Notes under the pieces: model-generated | What the model was told of the DNA's origin: nothing | What the model saw: the letters and a program-made list of their open reading frames with translations, nothing else | Databases searched by the model: none | Translations under genes and position numbers: made by a program | Shown here: positions 8,283-18,327 of the stretch, in pieces | Layout of the letters: every line of letters starts with the position of its first letter | Numbering within the stretch: position 1 is the stretch's first letter | DNA from: Thermomicrobiales bacterium | Lineage (GTDB): Bacteria; Chloroflexota; Chloroflexia; Thermomicrobiales; UBA6265 | Assembly (NCBI GenBank): GCA_035708745.1 | Contig: DASTFJ010000169.1 | Coordinates: forward strand, 4,534-68,533 | Length of the DNA: 64,000 nt | Reading direction: 5' to 3'

Positions 8283-9290
8283 ATGTCTGAGATTCCCAAT
8301 CCCGAGATGCTGCGGCCATTGCCGGGCGATTCGGACCTGCAAGTCGATCTCGCCGACGGCGAAATCATCGCTCCGGCCACGGACGATCTGCCTGCTGAGC
8401 GGGAGCTGGTCGAGCCGGGACGTCACCTGCCGCCCCTGATCCGGGCATTGCGGCCAGTGCAATGGTCCAAGAACCTGCTGGTTTTCGCGGCGTTGCTCTT
8501 CTCGATGAATGTGTTCGACGCCTGGCGTGTCGTCCAGGCGATCGGCGCATTTGTGGTCTTTTGCATGGTCTCGAGCTCGATTTATCTGCTCAACGATCTC
8601 CGGGATCGCGCGCAGGATGCGCACCATCCGGTCAAGCGCTTCCGGCCGATTGCTTCCGGACAGCTTCGACTCAGGACCGCGCAGCTCGCCTCGGTCGTCC
8701 TGGCGGTCGCTGCATTGTTCGGCGCATTGCTGATCGACCGGGAGCTCTTTCTGGTCGTCGCTGGTTATTTGGCCCTGATGGTGGCCTATTCGCTGCGGCT
8801 GAAGCGGATCGTCCTGCTCGATGTGATCGTCATCTCGATTGGCTTCGTGCTGCGGGCCGCGGCCGGGGCGGTGGCCATCGACGTTCCGATCTCCCCCTGG
8901 CTCTATATCTGCTCGATGCTGCTGGCGCTGATGCTGGGATTTGGCAAGCGGCGGCACGAATTGCTGATGCTGCGGGATTCGGCGAGTCAGCATCGAGCGA
9001 ACCTCGATGCCTATTCGCTGCCGCTGCTCGATCAGATCATCGCGGTCACATCGTCATCGGCGGTGGTGGCGTATTCGGTCTATACCTTCACCGCGCCGAC
9101 GCTGCCGGAAAACCACTCGATGATGCTCACGATTCCGGTCGTGCTCTACGCGGTCTTCCGCTATCTCTTCCTGATCTACAAGGAACATCTCGGCGGCAGC
9201 CCGGAGCTATTGCTCATTCATGACCGCCCGACGCAGGTCGCAATTCTCCTTTGGGGCGCCGCGAGTCTGGCAATTCTGTATTGGAATTAG
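8283..9290 (+). CDS. UbiA-family prenyltransferase, decaprenyl-phosphate 5-phosphoribosyltransferase-like
   Basis: 335-aa polytopic membrane ORF. It has the UbiA-type Asp-rich motif LLNDLRDRAQDAHHPVKRFRPIASGQL, characteristic of DPPR synthase (Rv3806c-like) members, and a second motif region GFGKRRHE. Confidence 0.75.
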   Translation: MSEIPNPEMLRPLPGDSDLQVDLADGEIIAPATDDLPAERELVEPGRHLPPLIRALRPVQWSKNLLVFAALLFSMNVFDAWRVVQAIGAFVVFCMVSSSIYLLNDLRDRAQDAHHPVKRFRPIASGQLRLRTAQLASVVLAVAALFGALLIDRELFLVVAGYLALMVAYSLRLKRIVLLDVIVISIGFVLRAAAGAVAIDVPISPWLYICSMLLALMLGFGKRRHELLMLRDSASQHRANLDAYSLPLLDQIIAVTSSSAVVAYSVYTFTAPTLPENHSMMLTIPVVLYAVFRYLFLIYKEHLGGSPELLLIHDRPTQVAILLWGAASLAILYWN

Positions 9291-9357
9291 GTGTGCTGAC
9301 GAGCGTCCGAACGTCTCGGAGCGGCATTGTCTGGCGGCACTCGCTGCGGCGAGGAGA

Positions 9358-9403
9358 TTCCTTCGACTGCGCTCAGGACAGGCTTTTCCTTCGTCAGGAT
9401 GAC
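9358..9403. repeat. Dispersed intergenic repeat, family B (TTCCTTCG...TCAGGA[C/T]), two tandem half-units
   Basis: TTCCTTCGACTGCGCTCAGGACAGG (9358-9382) followed by TTCCTTCGTCAGGATGAC (9386-9403). Related copies at 52329-52350, 55737-55762 and 58178-58229. Confidence 0.5.
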
Positions 9404-9457
9404 CGTCCATAAATCGTCGCGCCGTGTCGAGTCAGACATCGAGTGCAATAGGGGTGC

Positions 9458-10567
9458 TCAGATCTGGTAGTTCGTGCCGCGGAGGGCGTCGAGATCGGGA
9501 ATGTCGTGCTGGTGCATGATGGTTAGCATCTCGCCCTGGACGCGGGCCGGCATCATGGGGCCGCGGTAGATAAAGCCGGTGTAGGTCTGGGCGAAGTGGG
9601 CGCCGGCCGATATGGCAGCGAGCACATCTCGTCCGGTGAAGATTCCCCCGGCGGCGACGATGGCGATCTGCCCTTCGACGAGTCGCACGAGCTTCCGCAC
9701 GGTTGCGACCGAACGGGGCGCCAGTGGTTTCCCGCTCAGGCCGCCAGTTTCGCCGGCGTTCGCGGATCGAAGAGTGGCGGGGCGGTCGAGCGTCGTGTTG
9801 GTCGCGGCGATCGCGTCGACCTTGAACCGCAATGCGACCTCGACGATCTCTTCCAGCTCGCCATCGGTGAGATCCGGCGAGATCTTGAGCATCAATGGGC
9901 GACGCTGGCGGTGGATGCGTTCTTTCCGGATCGCGTTCAGGACGGCCGCCAGGGCATCCGCGCGCTGATGGGTGCGCAACCCTGGTGTGTTGGGTGAAGA
10001 GATATTGACGGCGACATAGGAACAATAGGGCGCCACCCGTTTCCAGGCAGTCGCGAAATCGTCTGGCGCGGTACCGGCTTCGACCGAACGCTTGTTGGGG
10101 CCGATATTGCAGCCGACCAGCCGGCTCGGTTGTCGCAGTCGAATCAGATTGTTGAGAATCGTTTCGACTCCATGGTTCGGAAAACCCATGCGATTGATCA
10201 ACGCCTGGTCACTCGGCAATCGGAACATGCGCGGTTTGGGATTGCCTGGTTGGGGAACCGGGGTGACCGTGCCGGTTTCGACCGAGCCGAACCCGAGGGC
10301 CAGCAACGCTGGAAAGGCGATCGCGTTCTTGTCGAAACCGGCGGCGATTCCAAGCGGCAGCGAGATCTCCTGGTCGAAGATGCGCACGGCGAGCCGGCGG
10401 TCCGGAACCGGCGCGATTCGCTCGATCAGTTGCAGCACCAACGGATCCGCGGAGGCGGTGGACAGACTGACCATGGCTCGATCGTGCATGTGCTCGGGGT
10501 CGAGCCGAAAGAGTCCTGGCTTGCTGAGTCGGTAGAGAGCGTCGATCGCGCGTTCGGCCGAATTCAT
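9458..10567 (-). CDS. pyrD: Dihydroorotate dehydrogenase (quinone), class 2
   Basis: Motifs NRMGFPNHG, NISSPNTPGLR and AAGGIFTGRD. Start set at ATG 10567 (MNSAERAIDALYRL...), which overlaps the upstream gene's stop in an ATGA. Confidence 0.9.
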   Translation of the reverse strand: MNSAERAIDALYRLSKPGLFRLDPEHMHDRAMVSLSTASADPLVLQLIERIAPVPDRRLAVRIFDQEISLPLGIAAGFDKNAIAFPALLALGFGSVETGTVTPVPQPGNPKPRMFRLPSDQALINRMGFPNHGVETILNNLIRLRQPSRLVGCNIGPNKRSVEAGTAPDDFATAWKRVAPYCSYVAVNISSPNTPGLRTHQRADALAAVLNAIRKERIHRQRRPLMLKISPDLTDGELEEIVEVALRFKVDAIAATNTTLDRPATLRSANAGETGGLSGKPLAPRSVATVRKLVRLVEGQIAIVAAGGIFTGRDVLAAISAGAHFAQTYTGFIYRGPMMPARVQGEMLTIMHQHDIPDLDALRGTNYQI

Positions 10568-12144
10568 GCCCGCACGGTGGGATCGCCGAACGCCCCGAGA
10601 ATGCGCAGCGCCGCATTGCGGCCCGGCGCACCGAAAACGCCTCCGCCCGGCCACGCGCCGCTGCCGCAGAGGTAGAGCCCATCGATTGGCGTCAGGTAAT
10701 CGGAATAGCCGCGCACGGGACGATTGTCGAACATTTGGTCCGGCAGGATCTCGCCGTGGAAGATATTCCCGCCAGTGATGCCGATAGTCCGCTCGATGTC
10801 GGGCGGACCGAGTACCTGCATGTATTCGATGGCATCGGGCAGATTGGGCGCGTATTCGGCGAGGGTATCGACAATCGTCTGGCCGATCTCGTCGCGGCGC
10901 TCATCCCAGGTTCCTTCCGCCAGATCGTAGGGAGCGTATTGCACGAAAGCGCTGAGGGTGTGCTTGCCTTCCGGCGCGAGACCGGTGCCCTGCTCGGTGG
11001 CTGTCTGGATATAGACATCCATGAACGGATGAGCGGACGGCTTGCCCTGTTTGCAATCCTCCCAGGCGGCCTGCAGGTAGGCAATCGAGGGATTGATGAC
11101 GATGCCGCCGGTGTGCTGCACGCCGATCTCGGTGCCGGGCATCGCCGTGAAGTTCGGGAGCTCGCCGAGCCCGACCAGCAACTTGACCACCGACCCCTTG
11201 ATCTTCATCTGCTCGACCCCGGCAACGAGATCGGCGGGAAGATGTTTCGCGCCGACCATCTGCAGGAAGGTGCGATGCGGATCGGCGTTGGAGACCACGA
11301 TGGGTGCTTCGACGCGGCGACCGTCGCTCAAGCGCACGCCGGTGGCGGCGCCGTTCGAGATCTCGATCTCGGAAACCTCGGCCGAGGTTTCGATGTCGAC
11401 GCCGTGGTCCCGGCAATAGCCGCCGAGTGCCTGGGTAATCGAGCCCATACCACCGCGTACGAAGCCCCAGGCGCCCTGGTGGCCGTCGATGGAACCGATC
11501 AGGTGGTGGAACTTCACATAGGCTGTGCCGGCATCGTAGGGGCCGGCATTGACGCCGATCACGCCGCCGGTAGCATACGGCGCCTTGATCTTGTCGGACT
11601 CGAAATAGGAATCGAGCAGATCGGCAACACTGGTGACGGTCAGCGTTATCCAGTCGGCCGCGCCCTCGCGGCCGGAAAACGCTGCTTCCAGCTCCGCCTC
11701 AGTTGGCGCGGGCCGTCGCAGGAGTGGTTGCATCCGTTTCAGGATGCGGTCCCACATGGCCCAGTACTCCCCGTATGCCTTGGCATCCCGTTGCGAATGA
11801 CGGGCGATCTGCTCGCGGGTGCGGTCCCCGTCCAGAAAGGCCATGAAGTAGTCGCCGTCTGGAAAGGGAACGAAGTAGGTCGGATCGAACGGCCGGACGT
11901 GATAGCCGTATTTCTTGAGCTTCAGGTCGTCGACCACCTCGGGCAGCAGCAGGTTGCAGACGTAGGAGCAGGTGGAAAGCCGGTAACCGGGGAAGGTGTC
12001 CTCGGTTACCGCCGCGCCGCCGATGATGTCGCGTCGTTCGAGCACCAGCACGCGTTTGCGGGCGCGAGCGAGGTAGCCCGCGGCGATCAGACCGTTATGA
12101 CCCGATCCTATGACGATCGCGTCGTAGCGTGCCGCTTCGACCAT
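10564..12144 (-). CDS. FAD-dependent oxidoreductase, phytoene-desaturase (CrtI)-related family
   Basis: N-terminal dinucleotide fold YDAIVIGSGHNGLIAAGYLARARKRVLVLERRDIIGGA. 526 aa from ATG 12144 (MVEAARYD...). The ORF-track 708-aa form is an upstream read-through. Confidence 0.85.
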   Translation of the reverse strand: MVEAARYDAIVIGSGHNGLIAAGYLARARKRVLVLERRDIIGGAAVTEDTFPGYRLSTCSYVCNLLLPEVVDDLKLKKYGYHVRPFDPTYFVPFPDGDYFMAFLDGDRTREQIARHSQRDAKAYGEYWAMWDRILKRMQPLLRRPAPTEAELEAAFSGREGAADWITLTVTSVADLLDSYFESDKIKAPYATGGVIGVNAGPYDAGTAYVKFHHLIGSIDGHQGAWGFVRGGMGSITQALGGYCRDHGVDIETSAEVSEIEISNGAATGVRLSDGRRVEAPIVVSNADPHRTFLQMVGAKHLPADLVAGVEQMKIKGSVVKLLVGLGELPNFTAMPGTEIGVQHTGGIVINPSIAYLQAAWEDCKQGKPSAHPFMDVYIQTATEQGTGLAPEGKHTLSAFVQYAPYDLAEGTWDERRDEIGQTIVDTLAEYAPNLPDAIEYMQVLGPPDIERTIGITGGNIFHGEILPDQMFDNRPVRGYSDYLTPIDGLYLCGSGAWPGGGVFGAPGRNAALRILGAFGDPTVRA

Positions 12145-12209
12145 GGATGCTCTCCCACCTGGGTGGCGTGCAGGACGCGAGGTTCCTACACGACACCGAA
12201 ACATATGTT

Positions 12210-12722
12210 TCAGATTTCGCCGGCGCCGGCGTCGGCCGGGATTTCGAAGGCCTCGGCCAGCTCGTCGAGATACGCTTGCTCTTTCTCGCTGATGCGCTCG
12301 CCGCCAAACCCAAGGAAGCCGCCCGTCCGAGCGGCCGCGCAGACCGCCGCGGCGGTTTCCAGCAGCCAGAGTTTGTAGGCGGCCGCATCCTCGTTCGATG
12401 CCTTTGCCGCCAGAATCTCCGATGCCTGCCGTGCGCGCTCGATCGTATCGGGCACCAGGCGTTCGAGCCATTGCTCGCTGAGCTGTAACGTTTGCGCTTC
12501 GCCGTCGCCCTGACTCTTGTAATGTTCGAAGACGCTTTGCACCAGTGGGCTGGACGAATATTCGTTCGCGCGCCCGGAAAGCTCGGTCAAGCCGGTGGCT
12601 TGCTGAACCAGCAGACCGAGCTCCCCCGTTTCGTCGGCGCGCATGGAAGCCGCCAGCACGCGAATCGGGAGCTCCGTCAGGATGGACCATTCAACGGGGC
12701 TGTAAGAGGCGCTGTCCTGCAT
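12210..12722 (-). CDS. Hypothetical protein (170 aa)
   Basis: Complete ORF wedged co-directionally between the Ldt and CrtI-like genes. Acidic, helical-looking sequence. No motif I can assign. Confidence 0.5.
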   Translation of the reverse strand: MQDSASYSPVEWSILTELPIRVLAASMRADETGELGLLVQQATGLTELSGRANEYSSSPLVQSVFEHYKSQGDGEAQTLQLSEQWLERLVPDTIERARQASEILAAKASNEDAAAYKLWLLETAAAVCAAARTGGFLGFGGERISEKEQAYLDELAEAFEIPADAGAGEI

Positions 12723-12731
12723 GGGTACCTG

Positions 12732-13937
12732 TCAGGGAATGATGGAAACCGCGGTGCCTTCCGGCGCCCAGCTATAGAGATATTGCGCAACGTCCATCGG
12801 AAGGTTAACGCACCCGTGGCTCATCGGTGCACCGAAATTCTCGTGCCAGTAGGTGCCATGAAGGGCATTGCCAAGATTGTCGAAGTACATCACCCAGGGG
12901 ACGTCCTTGACTTCATATGCCTCGTTGTCGATCACGCCCTTCATCGTCTGGGTACGGAATTTGGTCAGGATCGTGTATGTGCCGACCGGCGTGGTGGTGG
13001 CGATACTGTCGGCGGTTCCGGTGCTCACCAGGGAGGCGGTCACTAACTTGCTGTCCTGATAGGCCCACATCGACTGGCGGCCGACCGAGACGACGATCTC
13101 CTTGGATGCGCCCTGCTGGGGGCCCGGTCCGAAATCCATGGCGCCGACGCCGACCACCGGCTCGCCCCCGGCAACGACCTGAGCGGGGTCGATTTTCGGC
13201 TCGACGAAGAGCACTTCGTCGTAGATCGGTATGGCGTTCGGTTGCTTGATCTTCTCGGTTGCCAGCTTCTGGATGCTGGCCGATTCGCTCCCAACTGCTC
13301 GAGGTGTGACCGCGAGCCCGTCTTTCCAGCGCAGCACCACCTTTTCGAAATACTGAGTGGTGTAGCCGTCCCTGGTGACGACCTCTTCGGTCAACGGCGC
13401 GCCGATCAGGCGCTCCCCGTCATGTTCGTTCCAGAAATCGAGGAATCCGTTGCGCACCGTGTGCTTGGTGCTGGCGAAGGATTTGCAAGCGGAGGCCGCC
13501 AGCGATCCGCAGGTTGCCGACTTTGTGAGAGAGAGTTTTTCCAGATCCTTGGTGTCGCGCTCGTAGGCTTCCTGGCCCAACGGGAGCGTTTGCACCTGCC
13601 ATTCGACCCGCTCTTCCTCGGGCACATAGACGATCGCCATGTGCTCGAAATATTGCACATACCGGTCTGCTCGGTCATAGCCTTCGATGGTGAGGGGGGA
13701 TTCCCATTCTTCGGTGATCGGTTGCCCGAGCAGCTCTGGATATTCGCGCCAGAGATCGAGGAAATAGCCGTCGATCGTATGACCAGCGTCCTCTATCCAA
13801 ACTGTGCGCGGCGGCGACCAATCCTGCGCCGACACGGGCGCGGCGATCGATCCAAACAGCAATCCGATGATCGCCAGGGCGGCTGCAATCGCTCCGGCGC
13901 GATTCGATGCGGGTCGCACCGGTACCCCCTTGTGCAT
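12732..13937 (-). CDS. L,D-transpeptidase (YkuD domain) with LGFP-like repeats
   Basis: C-terminal catalytic MSHGCVNLP. LGFP-like units: AGHTIDGYFLDLW..LGQPITEE..VQYFEHMAIVY and TKHTVRNGFLDFW..IGAPLTEE..TQYFEKVVLRW. Start set at ATG 13937 (MHKGVPVRPASNRAGAIAAALAIIGLLF...AQD signal). Confidence 0.85.
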   Translation of the reverse strand: MHKGVPVRPASNRAGAIAAALAIIGLLFGSIAAPVSAQDWSPPRTVWIEDAGHTIDGYFLDLWREYPELLGQPITEEWESPLTIEGYDRADRYVQYFEHMAIVYVPEEERVEWQVQTLPLGQEAYERDTKDLEKLSLTKSATCGSLAASACKSFASTKHTVRNGFLDFWNEHDGERLIGAPLTEEVVTRDGYTTQYFEKVVLRWKDGLAVTPRAVGSESASIQKLATEKIKQPNAIPIYDEVLFVEPKIDPAQVVAGGEPVVGVGAMDFGPGPQQGASKEIVVSVGRQSMWAYQDSKLVTASLVSTGTADSIATTTPVGTYTILTKFRTQTMKGVIDNEAYEVKDVPWVMYFDNLGNALHGTYWHENFGAPMSHGCVNLPMDVAQYLYSWAPEGTAVSIIP

Positions 13938-14103
13938 ACCGTGCGGATGGACATGTCGAACGGTATCCCGGAGATGACTTAGCAACGGGGCCATCCCGAT
14001 CCGTTCGAACTGCGGGCGCATGCCACGCAACCACTATAGTTGTCGCCTGAATAGCCGTCCATCCGTACGTTCGCCTGAAACTGCCGCCTGAGAACTCACT
14101 GAT

Positions 14104-15837
14104 ATGCCTTCGAGCCATTCGACCCAGCTCGATCCCCGAATTCGCCCCAGACAATGGCTCGATCCTGCCCCGGTGCCGCTGGAGCTCGATGCGTTGCACG
14201 AACACAAGTTGCTGCATGCGCTCTTGTACCGGCGGGGATTGCGGGATCCCGCGGAGGCAGTCAGTTTTCTCGGTGCGGATGCCCGGCACGATCTGGATTC
14301 TCAATTGCTGCCCGATTTCGACCTGGCGGTCGAGCGGATTGCCGCCGCGGTTCGCAACGGGGAGCGGATCGGTATTTTCGGAGATTACGACGCGGATGGC
14401 ACCACCTCGGCCGCGATTCTCGGGCTGGCGCTCCGGGCGGCCGGCGCCGGTCAGCGCACCCATATCCGCCTGCCGCACCGCTCGGAAGGCTACGGCCTGA
14501 GCGGAACCGCGGTCGACGAATTCGCCAGCGCGGGGGTGCAGCTACTGGTCGCGCTGGATTGCGGCAGCTCCGACCACGGACAGGTCGTCTACGCTCAGGC
14601 GCTGGGCATGGATGTCGTCATTGTCGACCACCATCAGATGCACAACGACGTCCCCGAAGGGGCGATCGTCGTGTCGGCCTACCGTCCAGACGGTGGCACC
14701 TATAAGGAGCTTTCCGCCGCCGGGCTCACGTGGCTGGTGGTCGATGGTCTCTACGAGGCCGGAGTCACCATCGCGCCGGACGGCCAGGGCCCCGAAATCT
14801 ATCTCGATCTGGCTGCGCTTGGGTTGATTGGTGACGTTTCTCCGATGACCGGCGCCAGCCGGACCCTGACGCGGGCCGGATTGGCGCAGATGGTTCGCCA
14901 TCCGCGGCCGGGTATCGCCGCGCTGGCACAGACTGCCAAAGTCGACCTTGGCCATCTCACGACGACCGATGTGTCGTTCCGCATCACGCCGCGCCTAAAT
15001 GCCGCCGGCCGCATGGCCGACCCATCGCTGGCGCTCGATCTGTTGCTGGCTCCAAATCCCGCAGTGGCCTATCAGCTCGTACTAGAGCTGGAAGAGCTCA
15101 ATTCGCTACGGAAAATCGCCACTGACCAGATCACGCGTGATGCCGAGCAGCTCATCCGCGAGCAGGCCGCCTGGCAGAGCCAGCCGATCGTCGTAGTCCG
15201 CTCTGAAGGCTGGCAACCGGGCGTCGTCGGCATCGTCGCGGCCAAGCTGGCGGAAGCCTACGATCGGCCGGCGGTGGTCCTCGTCGAAGAAAATGGGGTG
15301 TTGCGCGGCTCGATGCGCTCACCGGATGGATTCGATGTGGCGAGCGCCTTGAAGTCATGTGCGCCGCTCTTGCGCTCGCATGGCGGGCATCGATTGGCCG
15401 GAGGTCTCAGTCTGGACGTGGCGCACGCCGATGCGCTTATCGAGCAGCTCGGCGCGCTGGCGGCCGAGCGCACGCCGGAACCGTTACCAATCTTGCAGCT
15501 GGATGCCGAATTGCAGGACAAACATTTGAATCTGGAGATCGCCCGATTGGTCCGCTCACTGGAGCCTTTTGGACCAGGCAACGAAGAGCCGGTGTTCGTG
15601 TTGCATAACACCCGGTTGCACAAATATGACGTCATGGGCCGTGACAAGCAGCATTTGACCCTGACCATCGGCAACGGCCGGCCGGTTCGCGCCGCGTTTT
15701 TCAATGCCGCGCCGCGCTCACGCGAGTTGGTCGGTCTCCGCCATGTCGATGTCGCCTTCACGTTGGGCGAGAGCGACTGGAACGGTCCAAAGCTCGATGT
15801 GCATATCAAGGATTTCCGGGTCGCGGAGGGAAATTAG
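14104..15837 (+). CDS. recJ: Single-stranded-DNA-specific exonuclease RecJ
   Basis: DHH-family motifs GIFGDYDADGTTS, LVALDCGS and VIVDHHQ. DHHA1 motif SHGGHRLAGG. Confidence 0.9.
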   Translation: MPSSHSTQLDPRIRPRQWLDPAPVPLELDALHEHKLLHALLYRRGLRDPAEAVSFLGADARHDLDSQLLPDFDLAVERIAAAVRNGERIGIFGDYDADGTTSAAILGLALRAAGAGQRTHIRLPHRSEGYGLSGTAVDEFASAGVQLLVALDCGSSDHGQVVYAQALGMDVVIVDHHQMHNDVPEGAIVVSAYRPDGGTYKELSAAGLTWLVVDGLYEAGVTIAPDGQGPEIYLDLAALGLIGDVSPMTGASRTLTRAGLAQMVRHPRPGIAALAQTAKVDLGHLTTTDVSFRITPRLNAAGRMADPSLALDLLLAPNPAVAYQLVLELEELNSLRKIATDQITRDAEQLIREQAAWQSQPIVVVRSEGWQPGVVGIVAAKLAEAYDRPAVVLVEENGVLRGSMRSPDGFDVASALKSCAPLLRSHGGHRLAGGLSLDVAHADALIEQLGALAAERTPEPLPILQLDAELQDKHLNLEIARLVRSLEPFGPGNEEPVFVLHNTRLHKYDVMGRDKQHLTLTIGNGRPVRAAFFNAAPRSRELVGLRHVDVAFTLGESDWNGPKLDVHIKDFRVAEGN

Positions 15838-15879
15838 GAGCTGGGAGTACAGTTCGACCAAACTCTCAATTCCCGACTC

Positions 15880-18327
15880 CTAGAGATCCGAGATGACTGG
15901 GCCGGTGGCCGGTATTTGGGTGGCCGGGTAGGTTGGCCGGTCGGGTTCGATGCGATCCTGATCGCGGCGCGAGCGGACGATTTCCCGGTCGGCGTCGAAG
16001 TTGATTGCCGCGGCGATCACCTGGTCCATGGTTTCGACGAAAACGAATTCCATATCCCGGCGAACATTCTCCGGAATGCGTATGACCTCGCGCCGGTTTT
16101 CCTCCGGCAGAATCATGCGCCGGATACCGTGCCGGTGGGCGGCGAGCGCCTTGTCCTTGACTCCGCCGATGGCGAGCACCCGCCCGAGCAACGTGATCTC
16201 GCCGGTCATGGCGGTGTCGTTGCGTACCGGGCGACGCATGAGGGCAGAAATCAGCGCCGTCGCCATGGTGATGCCGGCTGACGGGCCGTCCTTTGGCGTT
16301 GCCCCCTCGGGTAAATGGATGTGCAGATCGAGCACTTCGCGGAAATTCATTGGGATGCAGAGCTGGTCGGTGCGTGACCGCGCATAGGAGAGCGCCGCCT
16401 GGGCCGATTCCTGCATCACATCGCCAGCCCGGCCGGTGATGATCAGCGTGCCCTTGCCCGGCATGGTCGCGACCTCGACCGGAATCAGCTCGCCGCCGAT
16501 CTCGGTCGTGCCGAGACCGATCGCGACGCCGATCTGGCTGTCGCCAATTTCGTGGTCGACCTGGAAATGCCGTGGTCCGAGATACTGTTCGATGCGGTCG
16601 ACGGTAATTGGCTGGTCGGCATGCCGGCCGCGCACGACTTCGCGCGCGACCTTGCGGCAAACCGCCGCGATCTCCCTTTCGAGCTCGCGCACACCCGCCT
16701 CGCGAGTGTAGCCGCGAACCAGAAAGGTCCAGGAGGCGGGCGGCAGATCGACATTCTCCGGTTTGAGCCCATGCGCGGTGAGCTGCCGGGGCAGGAGATA
16801 GCGCCGCCCGATCTCGACTTTCTCATCCTCGGTATACCCGGAGACTTCGATGATTTCCATGCGATCGCGTAAGGGTCGCGGCACCTGCTGCATATAGTTG
16901 GCGGTCGTGATGAACAGGACTCGGGAGAGGTCGTAAGGCGCGTCGATGAAGTGGTCGGTGAAGGCGGCGTTCTGCTCAGGATCGAGCACTTCGAGCAGGG
17001 CCGCCGAGGGATCGCCCCGGAAATCGGCGGAGAGCTTGTCGATCTCGTCGAGCAGGATGACTGGATTGGTGGTGCCCGCCTGCTTCATGGCGTTGATGAT
17101 GCGGCCGGGCATGGCGCCGATGTAGGTGCGCCGGTGACCGCGAATCTCGGCCTCGTCGCGCACGCCGCCCAGGCTGACCCGCACGAACTCGCGGCCCATC
17201 GAGGCGGCAATCGAGCGCCCGAGGCTGGTCTTGCCGACGCCTGGAGGGCCGGCGAGACAGAGAATCTGCGACGAGGATCGGTCGGCTATGCCGTTATCGG
17301 TGCGCAGCTTGCGTACCGCCAGGAAATCGAGAATGCGGTCTTTGACCTGTTCGAGTCCGTAGTGATCGGCATCGAGGAGCTTTTCAGCCTCGTCGATGTC
17401 GAGCCGGTCGACCGATTGTTGCGACCAGGGCAGCGCCAGCATCACATCGAGATAGGTACGGACGACGGTCGCCTCAGCCGACACTGACGGCATGCGCTCG
17501 AGGCGTGATACCTCGCGCAGCATTTTCTCCTCGGTCTCGGCGGGCATGCCGCAGCTCTTGAGCTTCTGCCGAAAGCCATCCAGCTCATTGCCGCCTTCAC
17601 CGGAGAGCTCGTCATGGATCGCCTTGAGCTGCTGCGTCAGGTAGTACTCGCGCTGTTGCTTTTCGACTTGCTCGCGCACACGGTCCTGGATGCGGGTTTC
17701 CAGCTCGGCGACATTGAGATCCTCGGCCAAATGGACCGCGATCTCTTCCAGGCGATTGATGGGGTCGACCAGCTCCAGGAAATGCTGGCGGCGACCGGTT
17801 TCGGTCACGATCTGGGTCGCCAGCAGATCGGCCAGGTGCCCCGGGTCGTTGGCCCGTTGGACCATGTCCAGGATTTCGGGTGCGATCTTTTCGCGAGCGT
17901 CGTTGTAGCGGCTAGTCAGCTCCTGGACGTGCTGGATCAGCGCGCGGGTATCGGGCGAATCGTTCTTGGGCTCGCGCAGCTCATCGGCGGCGACCGTGAA
18001 GTAGGGCCGCGCGGTATCGAACTGGCTGATGCGAACGCGGGCAATGCCTTCGAGCACGACCTGGATGGCGTTACTCGGTTGCCGCTCGACCGACACCAGC
18101 TCGACCAGCGAGCCGATAGCAAAGAGGTCGTCGGGTGTGGGGTCCTCGGCGTCCGCGTCGCGGTGCGCGGTGACAACCAGCCGGCGACTGCCGGAAAGGG
18201 ATTCCTCGACGGCCTGGATCGACCGCGGCCGGCCAACCAACAGGGTGACGATGTTGCGGGGGAAGATGACGACGTTCTTGAGCGGCAAGAGCGGATATCG
18301 GTGCGCGTAGAGCTCGTGACGACTCAT
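15880..18327 (-). CDS. lon: ATP-dependent Lon protease
   Basis: N-terminal LON domain ([13 protein letters not shown]), Walker [10 protein letters not shown], and protease Ser motif [14 protein letters not shown]. Start set at ATG 18327 (GGGGAG 9 nt upstream). The ORF-track start at 18360 is a TTG. Confidence 0.95.
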   Translation of the reverse strand: MSRHELYAHRYPLLPLKNVVIFPRNIVTLLVGRPRSIQAVEESLSGSRRLVVTAHRDADAEDPTPDDLFAIGSLVELVSVERQPSNAIQVVLEGIARVRISQFDTARPYFTVAADELREPKNDSPDTRALIQHVQELTSRYNDAREKIAPEILDMVQRANDPGHLADLLATQIVTETGRRQHFLELVDPINRLEEIAVHLAEDLNVAELETRIQDRVREQVEKQQREYYLTQQLKAIHDELSGEGGNELDGFRQKLKSCGMPAETEEKMLREVSRLERMPSVSAEATVVRTYLDVMLALPWSQQSVDRLDIDEAEKLLDADHYGLEQVKDRILDFLAVRKLRTDNGIADRSSSQILCLAGPPGVGKTSLGRSIAASMGREFVRVSLGGVRDEAEIRGHRRTYIGAMPGRIINAMKQAGTTNPVILLDEIDKLSADFRGDPSAALLEVLDPEQNAAFTDHFIDAPYDLSRVLFITTANYMQQVPRPLRDRMEIIEVSGYTEDEKVEIGRRYLLPRQLTAHGLKPENVDLPPASWTFLVRGYTREAGVRELEREIAAVCRKVAREVVRGRHADQPITVDRIEQYLGPRHFQVDHEIGDSQIGVAIGLGTTEIGGELIPVEVATMPGKGTLIITGRAGDVMQESAQAALSYARSRTDQLCIPMNFREVLDLHIHLPEGATPKDGPSAGITMATALISALMRRPVRNDTAMTGEITLLGRVLAIGGVKDKALAAHRHGIRRMILPEENRREVIRIPENVRRDMEFVFVETMDQVIAAAINFDADREIVRSRRDQDRIEPDRPTYPATQIPATGPVISDL

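Noticed and set aside
10735-12378. 547-aa plus-strand ORF
   Set aside because: It is antisense to the well-supported CrtI-like gene, with no motifs and an Arg/Gly/Ala-rich shadow composition. The same reasoning applies to 7740-8993, 17614-18573, 28918-30453, 46573-47514, 48130-49116, 53993-55021 and 60882-62708.
12145-12690. N-terminal 182 aa of the 708-aa ORF-track entry 10564-12690
   Set aside because: Arg-rich read-through overlapping the 12210-12722 gene in another frame. The dinucleotide-binding fold starts immediately after ATG 12144. Similar trimming was applied to the ORFs at 2552, 4421-6850, 9458-10654, 12732-14030, 20740-21882, 32136-33077, 36814-37845, 43767, 54619 and 56107-57135.
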